DNA from: an uncultured Methanoregulaceae archaeon
GTDB lineage: Archaea; Halobacteriota; Methanomicrobia; Methanomicrobiales; Methanospirillaceae
Direction: 5' to 3'
Assembly (NCBI GenBank): GCA_963737635.1
Contig: CAVTTL010000001.1
Span: 1,536,001 to 1,600,000 of the forward strand
Length of the DNA stretch: 64,000 nucleotides
This document shows, piece after piece, positions 1 through 12,030 of the stretch (position 1 is the first letter of the stretch; each line of letters begins with the position of its first letter). Made by a program: the position numbers and the translations under genes. The notes under the pieces were generated by a model. It saw only the letters and a list, made by a program, of their open reading frames with translations. It did not search any database and was not told the origin of the DNA.

Positions 1-281
1 CCATTCCTTATTCTTGCTGCGCCTATAGATTATAGGGATCAACTATGTAATAAATCAATTTATTTCGGTGAAATCCAATAGATAATATAATAAATATATA
101 TGCAGATACCGTATGGTTCTGCTGGCAAAATTCTTCGCAGATATCATAGACTTCATTGAGAAAGAGACGGGAAAAGAGCCCCAAATAAGTATCGTAACAA
201 ATAAATCAACAACAAAAATTGTCGCAAACCCCGAGAATTGTGTACCTTTTCCATTCTGCTCCTCCGACCGGAATCCATCGT

Positions 282-2979
282 TTATTGCTGCATTTTCGCG
301 TACCGGTATGCCACCGTGGGGACCATAATCTCGAAGCGGGCACCGTTGCCCGGCTCACCGGTTTCCCGCATGGTCATACCCGAAATGGTGAGAATCTCCC
401 GGCAAAGGAATAATCCAAGCCCGGTATTTTTCCCATATCCTTTCTCAAAAATTTTATCTTTCTCTTCATCCGGGATGCCAATGCCGTTATCCTCCCATAC
501 AACACTCAAACCTTCATCTGATTGACGGGACGAGACCCCAATCTCTGTTACCTTCTGACCGTGCCGGATGGAATTATCCAGGAAATTGAAGAACACCTTT
601 TCAAGCATCGGGTCTGCGTAAAGTTCAACTCCCCGGAGATCCACGGTGAGCGTAACAGAGTCCGGGACGTGTAAATGGCTGACGAGTTTGTCTATATCCT
701 GCCATTTTGGTTCGGAGATCCCCAGATTCTGGTAGTTCTGGGTATCCGTGATCAGGTGTTGAATTGCGGTAGTGAGATCTTCGAGTTTGCTCAGATAGTA
801 GGTCAACGCAGGATTCGGGAATTTAATGCGTAGGATATCGATGTAACCGAGTACGGCAGAGACATTGTTGAGGATATCGTGACGGGTGATGTTGGTCATC
901 AGGTTGAGTTGGCGATTTGCCTGAAGCAACGCAGCCACCGCCTGTTTACTTTCTGTGATATCTGAGAAGACTGCGGCAACCTGGTTTTTCTTGGGGGAAT
1001 ATACCGAGATCCGGAAATATTTCTGAAGCGAGGGGAAATGAGTTTCGAAGATTTCCGGTTTACCGGTGTCTGCGACCCGTGCATATACGTCGAGATTTTG
1101 GGACTCTGTTGTGTTGTACACTTCCCGGCTGGTCTTTCCAATCACTAATGCACGGCTGATACTGAGCTGGCGTTCGAACGAATCATTAATCTCGAGGATC
1201 CGATAATCTGATGCCTTTTTGTCATCGTCAAAGATAATCTCGTACAGGGCTATTCCCTCTTCCATATTTTCGAAGAGAGGGAGGAGTTTTTCCTCACTTT
1301 CTTTGAGGGCTTTTTCAATCCGCCTACTTTCTGTAATATCCCGGATAGATAAGAGATCCGCGATTTTTCCCTCATACGCAATGACCGTTCCGGTGCTTTC
1401 TATTTGGATTCTTTTTCCTCGTGCTGATATGAGCGAATAGTGTGCGGGGCAGGTGCCGGATTCCTGGGATGCCTGTGTAAATTCTCTTGCCAGATCTTCC
1501 TGTGATTCCAAGGCGATAAATTCCATAACATTCTTGCCAAGCAATGAGAATCTATCCCCTGCCTCAATTATCCGGACCGCCGCATTGTTTGCAAATAAAA
1601 TCGTTCCCTCGTAATCGACTATAAGGATGGATTCGTGTAAATGGTCTGCAAGAGACCTGAATTTCTCCTCACTGTCCAGAAGCATTTTTTCGGCCGTTTT
1701 TCTCTTGGTAATATCGAGTAAAACACCTGAGTATACCAGTTCATCTCCATGCACTACCGGGCTCGCCATGCCACAGAACCAGATGGTCTCCCCATAGGGT
1801 TTAACGAACCGGCCCTCAAAATGCCAGGATGCAGTCTTTCTTCTGGCTATCATTGACCGACTCGATGAACCGATCCCGGTCATCCGGGTGAACGCGTCCA
1901 GTAAACCACCGGAAGAAATCCTTATCCGTGTGATCGAATCCAAAAATGGTTTCGCTAACGTGTTCATTGATAAAATAGACGACCCTCTTCCCATTGGAAC
2001 GGACATAGTACTGGTAGACAACCCCGGGAAGCAAGGCAGTTATTTCTTCAATCTTCTGCTGCCCACAGTCTATTAGGTCTTCCGGTGCCGGGGAATTTAC
2101 CCTCTGTATACTGGAGTCGCTCTCCCGGATTGCGATCTCCGTGGTTTTCTGCAAGGTGATGTCGCGAATCGATTCAATCGCACCGACAATATTTCTTTTA
2201 TTGTCCCGGAGAGGGATGGCCATGCAGGAGAGTGTGCGGGGAAGACTCTGTGGCCGTGCTACTTGTAACTCGGCTATAATGACGTCGTCCGCCATTCTCA
2301 CGAGGTGGGGATAGCGTTGTTCACTCGTTGCGTCTGAATTGAAAACCAAGTCGATAAGGGCAGGATAATGTTCCCCGTGGAGTACCCGGGCATATTCATG
2401 GTGATTTTTACCGAGCATATCGATGGCTGCAACACCGGTCATCTCTTCGATCGCCTTGTTCCATGCGATTATGATCCCCTGTTTATCGATGGCAAAAGTG
2501 GCATCCGGCAGGAAGTTGATAATTTCATAGATCTGGGGATCGAGATTTATCCGGATATCTTTTTTGTATTTTCGCTGCACGGCCAGTTTGATTTTATTTT
2601 CAAGCTTGGCAAATTGTGATCGTGCATCTTCGCCTTTCTGAATATAGAAATCCACATCGTTTTCAATTGCCTGGACCGCCACTTCTTCTCGTCCTTTACC
2701 GGTGAACAGAATAAAGGGCAGATCGCTAAACTTCGACCGGATATTCTTAAGGAATTCGATGCCATCCATTCCCGGCATTTGGAAATCCGATATTACGGCA
2801 TCGTATGCCTGATTCTTCAGGATATCGAGGCCATCCTGTGCCGATATTTTAGTATCGACTGAGAATTCTCCATTGAACTCTAAAAATAATTTTGTAAGCT
2901 CAAGAAGATTTGATTCGTCGTCGACATAAAGAACTGATAACATGTCACTTTCCCTGTCGGTATTGTGTTGCAATATCAT
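282..2979 (-). CDS. Hybrid sensor histidine kinase (REC-PAS x4-HisKA-HATPase), split by a single-base frameshift at ~1835
   Basis: ORF 1816..2979 has REC (VLYVDDE, ISDFQMP) and PAS; ORF 282..2021 has PAS domains, H-box ITRHDILN, N-box FFNFLDNSIRHG, EDNGIGI, NTGLGLFL. Removing one base in AGTCT (1833-1837) joins them. Alternative start ATG at 2943. Confidence 0.9.
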
Positions 2980-3332
2980 ACGATCAAATATTTAATAAAT
3001 CAATTGATCCTGTTCTGGAATCAATATCAATTGTATAATATATAGTAAACTATAGTCCCCCGAAAAGCAGAACTGCATTGAATCGATTCTTTTTAAAAAT
3101 TACCTATGAGATGAATCTGTTTTATTGTTTTAGTTGTGCTCAATCTCTTTGACCTGAGATGAACATTCAGGAGAGGCTAAAACGATAAAATTTTCAAGGC
3201 AGTGAATTGCTCATCTCTCTCAAAAAAGAAATCAAATATCTTGTATCGTAGACTCATCGCCGATCGAATCTATATTGATTTTCCAGAATCAATATATCTT
3301 ATGATTTGAAGGTTATAGTTGATGACATCGCT

Positions 3333-3744
3333 TTAATCCACGATTTGTTCTCCCATCTTCCGTTTCTGGACAGTCTGGCGGATCTGATGTGCCAACTTAG
3401 TGAACTGCATCTTTGCATCCCCTCCTTTCTGGAAGTAAAGGTCTACGCCGGCATTAAGTGCCTCAGTCCCGATCTCTTCCCGCCCCTTCACGGTAAACAT
3501 AATGAACGGAACGGTATCTCCAGAGGCCCGAATTTTTTTCAGGAATTCAATCCCGTCCATCCCGGGCATCTGATAGTCTGAGATGATCGCATCGTACTGG
3601 GTCTTTCTCAGTATGCCGATGGCTTTCTGTGCCGAATCCACGGTTTCGACGCTGAAATCACCTGATCGCTCTAAATAGATCTTAGTGATATCCAGAAATG
3701 CAGGTTCATCATCAACGTACAGGGCTCTAATCAGAATAGCTCAC
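3333..3744 (-). CDS. Stand-alone response regulator receiver protein
   Basis: Reading frame extends upstream of the called ORF to LIRALYVDDEPAFLD; ISDYQMP present. GGAGG lies 8 nt before a GTG at 3744, which is one base out of frame next to AGCT 3738-3741. Confidence 0.8.
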
Positions 3745-4243
3745 GTCCGAATCCTCCGGTACCCCTACTTTCCGCTGTAGTCACCGGACCTTGCCTATGA
3801 ACAATATTCACAATTTTTGCTGCCTAAACCAGCTCATCTGGATTTTCTATTGTTGATCTTAATGATCCCGTTTCCAATTCAAGTTGATCCGATAAGTACA
3901 ATCTTACTTCTATGTTGTTATAAAGACTTTTACTTTACTAAAACCATGTGAACCTTATTTTTTGTGATGAAGTCGAGCGGATTAATTTCTGCAAAGGCGT
4001 CCATTCATCCCAGATCCTCTTCATTTGCCCCTCTGATAGCGTCGTTTGCTTTTGGATTGCCCCATTGGTACGTGCGGAAGGTATCTTCATGAGCCGGGCT
4101 GCTGATGTCTGGTGGGACCTGCGGGTGCGAGCACCGGCCTGTAGTAGCATCGCGACGATCCGGCCGGCTTTCCCGGTTTCTTTTATGGCCAATCTGAAAA
4201 AAAGAATCTATAGGGGGCGACCGGTTATTTTCTGACTAGATCA

Positions 4244-6247
4244 TTACTTCGCTGCAGAAAAGAGCGGGATGATCTTTCCCGCCATCTCATCTGTTATAAA
4301 AAATACTAGCGTATCTCCCACTTTCAGTTGCAGGGCTGGGTCAGGTTGGGAAAAACGCATTGAGCCCCGGCGGAACCCGAATTCCCTGATGCCAAACCGG
4401 TCTTTCAGGCCCATTTCGGCGATAGTCTTTCCCTCTGCCACCGACCCGGCTTCCACCTGTACTGTATGAATATGCGTCGCTCTAAAAAGAGTCTCGAAAT
4501 TCTGGATCTTTCGGTGCTCGTTTGGGTCAGTGCACCGGGTAAAGAGGGCAGCGCCTAGGCGTTTTGCCCGTTTAATGATCCTCGCGACTTCTTCGTCCGG
4601 GATCTTGTACCGTTTCAGGGCGCGGGTAAATATTTCAAGAGCAGATTCAAATTCCTCAGAAATGACCTCATCTGCACCGAGATCGAGGAGATTCTGGGCA
4701 TTCCTGACGTGCCTCGTTCGTGCAAGGATATGCACACCGGGCGAGAGTTGCCGTGCTGCATGGATGATGCGGGGGATTGCCTCTTCCTCTGAGACTGCTA
4801 TTACGAGCGTCCGTGCCTGCTGGATCTCGGCATGTTTGAGTATCTCCACCTGTACGGCATCTCCAAAGATGAAGTTAGGCCGGTACTGGGATCGCTCCTG
4901 TCGGATGATCTCGGGATTGAGTTCGATGACCATATAGGGTATGCCGGCAAGGGTTGCCGCCCGGGCCACGCTTTTCCCGGTAATCCCATATCCTGCGATT
5001 ACGATATGGTTCGTGAGCCCCGTCTCTGGTACAATCTCATCCGGACCACGTGATCTTTCCCGACTTATCCTCGTCGGGAAGAGCCGGTAAAGCAGATCGA
5101 CAACTGCCGGTGATGAGCGCATGGCGAATGGTGCAAATGCCATCGTCACAATAGCCCCGGCAAGGAAAATCTGGTAGGATGAAACCTCTATGATCCCGGC
5201 ATCGAGGCCACTTTTTGCGAGCACGAAAGAAAATTCTCCGATCTGGGCAAGCGCAAGGCCGCAGAAGACTGCAATCCGTGCCGGCATCCCAAGCACAGCC
5301 GCGGAGAAGGCACCGGTCACGATTTTTACACAGAAGATTAACAGAATAATCAGCGCAACATAGCCAAAGTTATTGAGAACTGTCCCCGTGTCTAAGAGCA
5401 TCCCTATCGAGAGGAAGAAAATAGCCGCAAAGACATCCCGGAATGGGATGATATGACCTAATGCATCGATATTGTAATCCGACTCCCCGATGATCAGACC
5501 AGCGATAAATGCTCCTAGCGTGAACGAGAGTCCGGCTTCGCTGGTCAGCCAAGCAATAATGATGCAGATACCAGCAATGGTAAATAGGAAGAGTTCGCGG
5601 CTCCGTTCTTTCGCCACTCTGAAGAGTAAACGCGGGATGACCCAGTACCCAAGGACAATGATTACGAGAATGATCAGGGCAATTTTTATTACCTGATAAG
5701 GAAGGTTAACAAGGTCAAACCCTCCTTGGTTCCCGGCGAGGATCGGTAATACAAGAATCATCGGAATGATTGCGAGATCTTGGAAGATGAGGATTCCCAG
5801 AAGCGTCCTACCTTGGATTGTGTCTACCTCACCCTTTTCCTGAAGGATCTTCATCACGATGGCCGTACTCGAAAGCGAGACGATAAAGCCGAAGATCAGT
5901 GCCTCATTAAACGGCATCTGGAATGCAAGGGCAATCAGAGTAATTGCGACAACCGTCGTGGTGATCTGGACAAGACCCCCGATTATGACTGCACGCCACG
6001 AACGAAGAAATGACTGGAACGAGAATTCCAGACCGATAGTGAAGAGCAGCAGGACGATGCCAATCTCACCGATCGTGTTGATGAGGGACTGGTCCGTGAT
6101 GAGCCCAAACCCGAATGGCCCGGTGAGCATCCCGATCACAAGGAAACTCACGATACTGGGCAGACCGAACCGGTGGCCGAAGTAAAGCAGGATAATAGAA
6201 AGTATGATTACACTTACGGCAGCAAGCATAGGGTCCATAGATAACAC
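4244..6247 (-). CDS. CPA2-family (KefB/KefC-like) K+/H+ antiporter with TrkA-N and TrkA-C domains
   Basis: Many TM helices, LLFTIGLE, SLSSTAIV, LAQIGEF, Rossmann IAGYGITG, C-terminal RCK-C-like VEAGSVAEGKTIAEMGL. Confidence 0.9.
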   Translation of the reverse strand: MLSMDPMLAAVSVIILSIILLYFGHRFGLPSIVSFLVIGMLTGPFGFGLITDQSLINTIGEIGIVLLLFTIGLEFSFQSFLRSWRAVIIGGLVQITTTVVAITLIALAFQMPFNEALIFGFIVSLSSTAIVMKILQEKGEVDTIQGRTLLGILIFQDLAIIPMILVLPILAGNQGGFDLVNLPYQVIKIALIILVIIVLGYWVIPRLLFRVAKERSRELFLFTIAGICIIIAWLTSEAGLSFTLGAFIAGLIIGESDYNIDALGHIIPFRDVFAAIFFLSIGMLLDTGTVLNNFGYVALIILLIFCVKIVTGAFSAAVLGMPARIAVFCGLALAQIGEFSFVLAKSGLDAGIIEVSSYQIFLAGAIVTMAFAPFAMRSSPAVVDLLYRLFPTRISRERSRGPDEIVPETGLTNHIVIAGYGITGKSVARAATLAGIPYMVIELNPEIIRQERSQYRPNFIFGDAVQVEILKHAEIQQARTLVIAVSEEEAIPRIIHAARQLSPGVHILARTRHVRNAQNLLDLGADEVISEEFESALEIFTRALKRYKIPDEEVARIIKRAKRLGAALFTRCTDPNEHRKIQNFETLFRATHIHTVQVEAGSVAEGKTIAEMGLKDRFGIREFGFRRGSMRFSQPDPALQLKVGDTLVFFITDEMAGKIIPLFSAAK

Positions 6248-6337
6248 CAGGGGCTAGGTGAAACGAGGTATATAGGTCTCCATCGTAAGAACAATTATAG
6301 GTTCCGAAGAGTCTAAAAACTGCAAAAAATAGCTTCA

Positions 6338-6411
6338 TGCCCCAGCCCGGATTTGAACCGGGGACAACCAGATCTTCAGTCTGGCGCTCTCCCAGTCTGA
6401 GCTACTAGGGC
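6338..6411 (-). tRNA. tRNA-Phe (GAA), no intron, CCA not encoded
   Basis: Reverse complement GCCCTAGTAGCTCAGACTGGGAGAGCGCCAGACTGAAGATCTGGTTGTCCCCGGTTCAAATCCGGGCTGGGGCA folds as a cloverleaf; anticodon loop CTGAAGA; T-loop GTTCAAATC. Confidence 0.97.
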
Positions 6412-6511
6412 AGGAGTACAATTGTTGGCACTGGTGATTAATAAATGATACGCACGGGAAGGAATGTCTATGAGGTCTCCTATTTATGTCCCGCCATGCC
6501 AGTATTAACCA

Positions 6512-7478
6512 ATGCCCCCAACACCTGCGTGCGATGATGGTGCCGGCCTCGCCCATGCCCTTGCCTCACGCACCGCCCATGTCGTTCACCTGACTCATAA
6601 CGATTTTGATGCGGTCGGAGCAGATGCGATCCACAGGATGAAGTTTGGAAAAGACGGCGTATTCACGGTCTGGAGTTCGGTTGGGAAATTTTCGAGCCTT
6701 TTCTCCCTGATTGCGTCCTGCCCCGGGAAAGGAGACCTGCTTTCTGTATCGGACCTGAGCTGCCAGCGGGACATGGAGTCCGTGACTGCAAGGGCGCGGT
6801 TGAACGGCTGGGTGATTGAATGGCGGGATCATCATCGCTGGCGGGAGGAGGAAATTGCGGGGATCAGAAGAGAGGTTTCTCTCCTCCATGTTGACACCGG
6901 GGTCTGTGCGACCGGGATAGTTGCACGTGATCTTTTACCGGGGAACCCGGTAGCAGGCTGAGGTTGCCCGGGTGGTCTGCGATTACGATCTCTGGAAGCA
7001 TGCCGATCCCCGGTCTGCAGTCTTGGGTCAAGTGCTCCAGAGAAAGAAAAACCGGGAGCATGTTCGCGACTGCCTCGTTGCAGGGATCTTCTCAGACTCA
7101 TTTATAGAAGCCGAGTACGCGGAGATCAAAGCCGATATGGGTGCCATAATGGAGCGGAGTCTGTCTCACGCAACCTTCCGGGAAAAAAAGTACCGGATTG
7201 TCTTTGCCCCGCTCTACGGGTACCCAAGCGAGACTGCGCATTTTATCAGGCATGCAAAGGATACCGAGATCGAAGTGATCATCGCAAAAGACGGGAAGTT
7301 TTCGATCCGGTCGGTGCCGCCAATCAGTCACCTGATTGCCCGGGAGTTTGGCGGCGGTGGGCACCCGAACGCTGCGGGAGGAAGTTTCTCCTTTACGGTC
7401 GTCGAGCGTTTCACTTGGTGGCTGTTTAAGAAGAGCCGTCATTTTGACGAGCTGGTGAAGATCGCCGAATCGTTATGA
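6512..7478 (+). CDS. DHH/DHHA1 family phosphoesterase, frameshift at ~6957
   Basis: THNDFDAVG, SDLS, WRDHH motifs in 6512..6961; DYDLW and GGGGHPNAAG in 6972..7478; removing one G from AGGCT (6955-6959) joins them. Confidence 0.88.
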
Positions 7479-7650
7479 ACTCGCCACTATCTGTCTGGAA
7501 AATTACCTGGCAATAATAAATCATTTTACGATTCTTCTGGCAACTGCCTGACCGGGTGGTATCGTCGTTATGGGGTAACCGTCTTCCTTTGATACCGCGA
7601 GAAGGCAACAAACCTTTATATCTAAAATTGTAATGAATACCTGACATACT

Positions 7651-8148
7651 ATGAAGCTCAGCTATCTTCTCTTAGGATGCATCCTTATTGTCTTGTTAGC
7701 GGTCATCCCGGCACAGGCTTTCACCGCAAAGACGCTCACCATAACCCTGAATGGGAATGGGGATGCACAGGCCGATATGCAGTACGACCTCTCGTTTATG
7801 GAACAGGCAGCTATCTATCTCCACGCCGCAAATCCCTCTACCGTGCTTCAGAACGCCTTGCAGGAAAATCTCAATCGGCCGGTCACGGTGGTCAGTGCGG
7901 ACATGTCGTCAGCGAATGTGATTATCTCATCCTTTGGCACTGTTACGCAGTCCGGTAATGCAACCACGGTAACTACCCCGGCTTTCTCATTTGCAGACGC
8001 CCAGCAAGCGATACAGAATGAATGGTATGCACCGTTTATTTCTGCAAATTTTGCTCCCCAGACAACCACGATTGTGTTTCCGGATGGGTACCAGACGAGC
8101 TTCAATAGCCAGATCAGCATCCCCTCCGTATCCCATACCATTTCATAA
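7651..8148 (+). CDS. Secreted hypothetical protein
   Basis: Signal peptide ending AQA, beta-rich mature region. Confidence 0.75.
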   Translation: MKLSYLLLGCILIVLLAVIPAQAFTAKTLTITLNGNGDAQADMQYDLSFMEQAAIYLHAANPSTVLQNALQENLNRPVTVVSADMSSANVIISSFGTVTQSGNATTVTTPAFSFADAQQAIQNEWYAPFISANFAPQTTTIVFPDGYQTSFNSQISIPSVSHTIS

Positions 8149-8289
8149 ATCCACTTCATGAGATGCCCGATCCGGGCAAAATCTTTTTTTAGCACTCCTC
8201 ATTACGGATTATACCCTTCACAACCGTCGAAACGATCGCATATGAAAAAATTTATCTTCCGGCACGAGGGAACGGAATCATGGTAGTAT

Positions 8290-8856
8290 ATGACCCTGAA
8301 TGAAATTCCGGTTGAAAATATCACCGGTATCAAGTGGGGATCTCTTGCCCTTCTGGGGATCCTCTCGGTGATATTTGGGCTCCTTATTGTTCTTTTCCCA
8401 AAAATCTCCGCCGCTGTGTTGGTCGAACTCATCGGGATCCTGATCCTTCTTCTCTCATTTGCCGCAGTTATGCTGTCGGCGTTATCTCCCGGTGGTTGGA
8501 AAAACTCAGTACTCCTCGCAGTGCTTGGAATTATTGGGTTTTTCTTTGGCATCGCTACGATCATCCATCCCCTCATCATGGGGCTGGTAATCTTTTTGAT
8601 TGCCGGTATCGCCCTTTTCCTCGGTGGTCTTATCGGTCTTGTGTTCGCGTTTGGTGAACCACATGAGATGCATCGCGGGCTCTTTTTCCTGCAGGGCATT
8701 CTCGCAATCATTATCGGCCTTCTTATCTGTGTTTTTCCAGCCCTCGGTATAGCCCTGATGGTTCTCTGGATCGGCATAATCCTGATCGTTTACGGTTTGA
8801 TCAGCATTGCCTTAGGGTATTGTATCCGTTCCCGTCTTGTAATCCGGCCACGATAA
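8290..8856 (+). CDS. HdeD/DUF308 family membrane protein
   Basis: Six TM helices with repeated GILSVIFGLL...P and GILAIIIGLL...P units. Confidence 0.85.
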   Translation: MTLNEIPVENITGIKWGSLALLGILSVIFGLLIVLFPKISAAVLVELIGILILLLSFAAVMLSALSPGGWKNSVLLAVLGIIGFFFGIATIIHPLIMGLVIFLIAGIALFLGGLIGLVFAFGEPHEMHRGLFFLQGILAIIIGLLICVFPALGIALMVLWIGIILIVYGLISIALGYCIRSRLVIRPR

Positions 8857-9026
8857 ATCCATTTTTGCCGGTGAGGTTTACTTTTCGTCGTGAAAAACGG
8901 GTTTGAATGTATTTTCCGGCGGTTCTGCCTAACACCGGTTGAAGCCCCTTCCCGTTTGTTAGACGGGTTGGCAGGCCCGGGTAAAAAGAGAATGTTAAGA
9001 AACGACCGAGAATGATGCAGGCAGGT

Positions 9027-9290
9027 CTAGTCCAGCGGAATGGTCTCGAGTTGGGATACGAGCTCCCAGATCCGTGTCCGTGCATGAATGGGCATATTAG
9101 GATCGTTTGAGATTTCATCGATTTTTGAGATTGCTTCTGCAACGCGCAGCCCCATCGCCTTAGTGGTATTGGAGAGCAGCGCCCGGGTTTCATCGGCAAC
9201 GCGCCGGATGTTCCGAGGTATTGTGCTGTCTTCCTGGATGTGCTGCAACATCAGGATACAGTTTTCCATCGTTTTTTCGGGGTTTGGCAT
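9027..9290 (-). CDS. UPF0147 family protein
   Basis: IQEDSTIPRNIRR and DEISNDPNMPIHARTRIW motifs; GGTGA upstream of ATG at 9290. Confidence 0.9.
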   Translation of the reverse strand: MPNPEKTMENCILMLQHIQEDSTIPRNIRRVADETRALLSNTTKAMGLRVAEAISKIDEISNDPNMPIHARTRIWELVSQLETIPLD

Positions 9291-9367
9291 GGTATCACCT
9301 ACCGCGTACCTGTAGTTAATACGTATAACTCGCATATATAGTTTGAATATTAACCTGACGGTGACGT

Positions 9368-9767
9368 ATGGCCGAAAAGAAAGATGATGAGATCATGGCG
9401 GAGTATCTCCTCAAAGGCGGGAAGATGCTTGAAAAGTCTTGCCCCACCTGCGGCTGCCCGCTTTTTGAATACAAAAAAAAGACGTTCTGCGTGGTCTGCG
9501 CCGAAAAGAAACCGGAGCCTGTAACAAAGGTGGAACCCCCGGTCGCAGTCTCTCCCGGAGAGCTCCTGCGGGTGCAGGATGAATCCCCATCCCGGGTTCA
9601 TTCCTCACCATCACCGGAGATAGAGATGTTGGTCCGCGAATTGTCTGGTACTATCCTCGTACTTTGCCAGCGCATCAAAAACGATGACGATCCTGATCAC
9701 TGTCTCATATTCATGGATGCCGCAAAAATAGGGACAGAAGCGCTCGTCAATCTGCGTCAGTCTATAA
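9368..9767 (+). CDS. UPF0148 / SSSCA1-like zinc-ribbon protein
   Basis: MAEYLLKGGKMLEKSCPTCGCPLF...FCVVC. As given the ORF runs to 9838; a one-base correction at 9761 gives a stop at 9765-9767. Confidence 0.85.
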
Positions 9768-11994
9768 GGCCGGCGGCAGATATCATACAATTTTTGTGCG
9801 GTCTTTTCCCCGATTCCTTTGACCGAAACAAGATCTGAAAGTTCTGCGCTCGCGATAGTCTGGATCGAACCAAAGTGCGTAAGGAGAAGCCGGGCATTTT
9901 TCATGCCAATTTCGGGAAACGCGGAGATGATATACTCCTGCTCTTCTTTGATCGACGTAAACGACTTGCGGGGATGGAATTTGCGTTCGCCACGCTCTGC
10001 CTCCTCCCTTTTTGCAAGGACAAAGAGCATCCGGGCGGTCTCCGTCTCATCCCGGGTAAAAAGAAGCGATAGGCCCATATCTATCGCGAGTGCCGCGAGT
10101 ACACCCCGGAGTGCATTCGGGTTCATGTCTCTCTGGGTATAAATATCGCCGCCTTCGATCATCATGACCGGCCGGGTACCGCTTCGGCAAGAGCCTTTGC
10201 CTGCCCAAGAAGATCCCGGTTGATAAGGGTATCGACAAAATCGCGGGCTGTCTTACGTTCGACCAAGATACGATCGCCAATTGCATAGTCTCCCTGAGGC
10301 AGACGTTCGAGCCGGATTGCCGCCCCCATTCCAGACAACTCCTCGACAACCTTCGAAGAGGTTTCCCTGTCATCGATCCGGATTGCAGGGCCCCGAGGGG
10401 TGAATTCCTCGATGAGTGCCTGATCTGTCACTGCGGGTTGTGAGTGGGGAATTGAAGACCTGCTCATCTGTTGTATGTTCTTTTGCATCCTGCGCTCCTT
10501 GGACTGGCTCACAAACCGGTACACATCGTCCGACGTTCCCTTTGTCGCCAGCACTACTACCCTCCCCGCAGCAGAACGACCAGTCCGCCCTTTGCGCTGG
10601 ATGGACCGGATCTCGGATGGCACTGGCTCATAAAAGATCACCAGATCGGTGGAAGGGACGTCAAGGCCCTCTTCCCCGACGGAGGTCGCAATAAGAACCT
10701 GAAATGCCCCTTCCCGGAACCGGGTAAGAGCCGCAATCTGTTTTTTTTGTGAGAGTCCTTTCTCCGAGTCCTTTGTAGCCTGGCCGACAAATCGCTCACA
10801 GGAGATACCATTTTCGGAAAGATAATCTACGAGGAGCTGCACGGTATCCCGAAAGGTCGCAAATATAATAATACGGCTGTCAGGATGGCATTCAAGTTGC
10901 TTGCGTACAATGCTAAGAACGACAGAGGGCTTGGGATGGAGTTCTGTGGTCCAGCCCCGTGTCTGGTCGAAGAGCAGGTGAAAACCCGGATCCTTGATCA
11001 GCCTTTGGCTGGCTTTGCTCCCTCCTGGCCCCGTTCCTTCGGCGACCAGTTTCGCGATATACCCCCGGAACACTTCACTTCCCTGCGATTCAGCAAGATT
11101 TACGGCATGTTTGAGTTTCATGCACTCTGCATAAACTGAGGCAGCCGAGTACCCCGCCGGATCCCGGTTCTGGATCCTCAGCTGGATCTGGGTGTTGATA
11201 CCGTTGAGTTCTTTCATAGAAAGGCGGTCCCTCTTTGGGACTACAAAGCCAAGCGAGGCAAGGAGGGCCAGTCGGTCGTCAATAAGGGTTTGAATTGCAT
11301 GGATGGTCTGCCTGAGTTCGGCAGGAAGATCAACCGGGTAGATCTCGACATCACGCTCGTGGATATAGGGACTTACATCCGGATCGCTCTCTGTCCGGTT
11401 TTCTATCTGGGTGATACCAAGGTTCGCACAAACCTCCTGGACCTTTTCCGGTGCGCCTCCAGGCGATGCAGTCATGGCAAGTACCAAGGGTTTATCTGCA
11501 GTATCATGATACCGCTGGGCAAGGAAGACATATGCGTAATTTCCTACCGCCCGATGGCATTCATCAACAATCAGGAGTGTCACGTTCTGTAACGTATAGC
11601 GCCCCGCGATAAGATCGTTTTTGACAACCTGTGGTGTGGCAAAGGTTACCTGTGCATGTTCCCAGTCCGCGGTACGTTCAGCGGCCGGAGAATCCCCGGT
11701 GAACATCGCAAACGGCGGGACTTCAGGGCCGGCGGGACTTTTTGCGACCAGATATTTCTCGAAAAAACGGAGATGCTGCTCCACAAGTGGCTTTGTGGGA
11801 GCGAGCATCAGTACTCGCCCCCTTTCGTTGAAGAGCCGGGATGCAGCAACAATAAGGGCGATAGCAGTCTTCCCAAGCCCTGTTGGGAGGATCACCATCG
11901 TATTCGCATCCAGCGCCTTCATCGCAATCGCAAGCTGGTACTCCCGCGACTCGATGCTTTCGGGACGAATGAGAGGATGGCTTATGCAGCTCAT
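9757..11994 (-). CDS. hef: Hef helicase/nuclease (SF2 helicase + ERCC4/XPF nuclease + HhH), frameshift at ~10175
   Basis: LPTGLGKT, DECH, TAS, QRKGRTGR; nuclease IDDRE, GDY, VERKT; HhH motifs PEIGMKNA and KGIGEKTA in 9611..10165. Confidence 0.92.
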
Positions 11995-12030
11995 AGGTGT
12001 TGTCTGGTTATATTTCAGCCGGAGTGTCTT

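Noticed and set aside
3732-3734. Non-canonical CTG start for the receiver gene
   Set aside because: GGAGG followed by GTG at 3744, with one indel beside AGCT, is the simpler explanation.
3938-4235. Opposing short ORFs (84 and 95 aa)
   Set aside because: No recognisable motif or ribosome-binding site; neither can be supported as a gene.
6338-6411. tRNA-Phe as an integration site
   Set aside because: No integrase gene and no duplicated tRNA 3' end were seen in the window.
6959-6961. TGA inside the DHH gene as selenocysteine or readthrough
   Set aside because: The downstream half is in a different frame; a one-base indel at AGGCT explains it.
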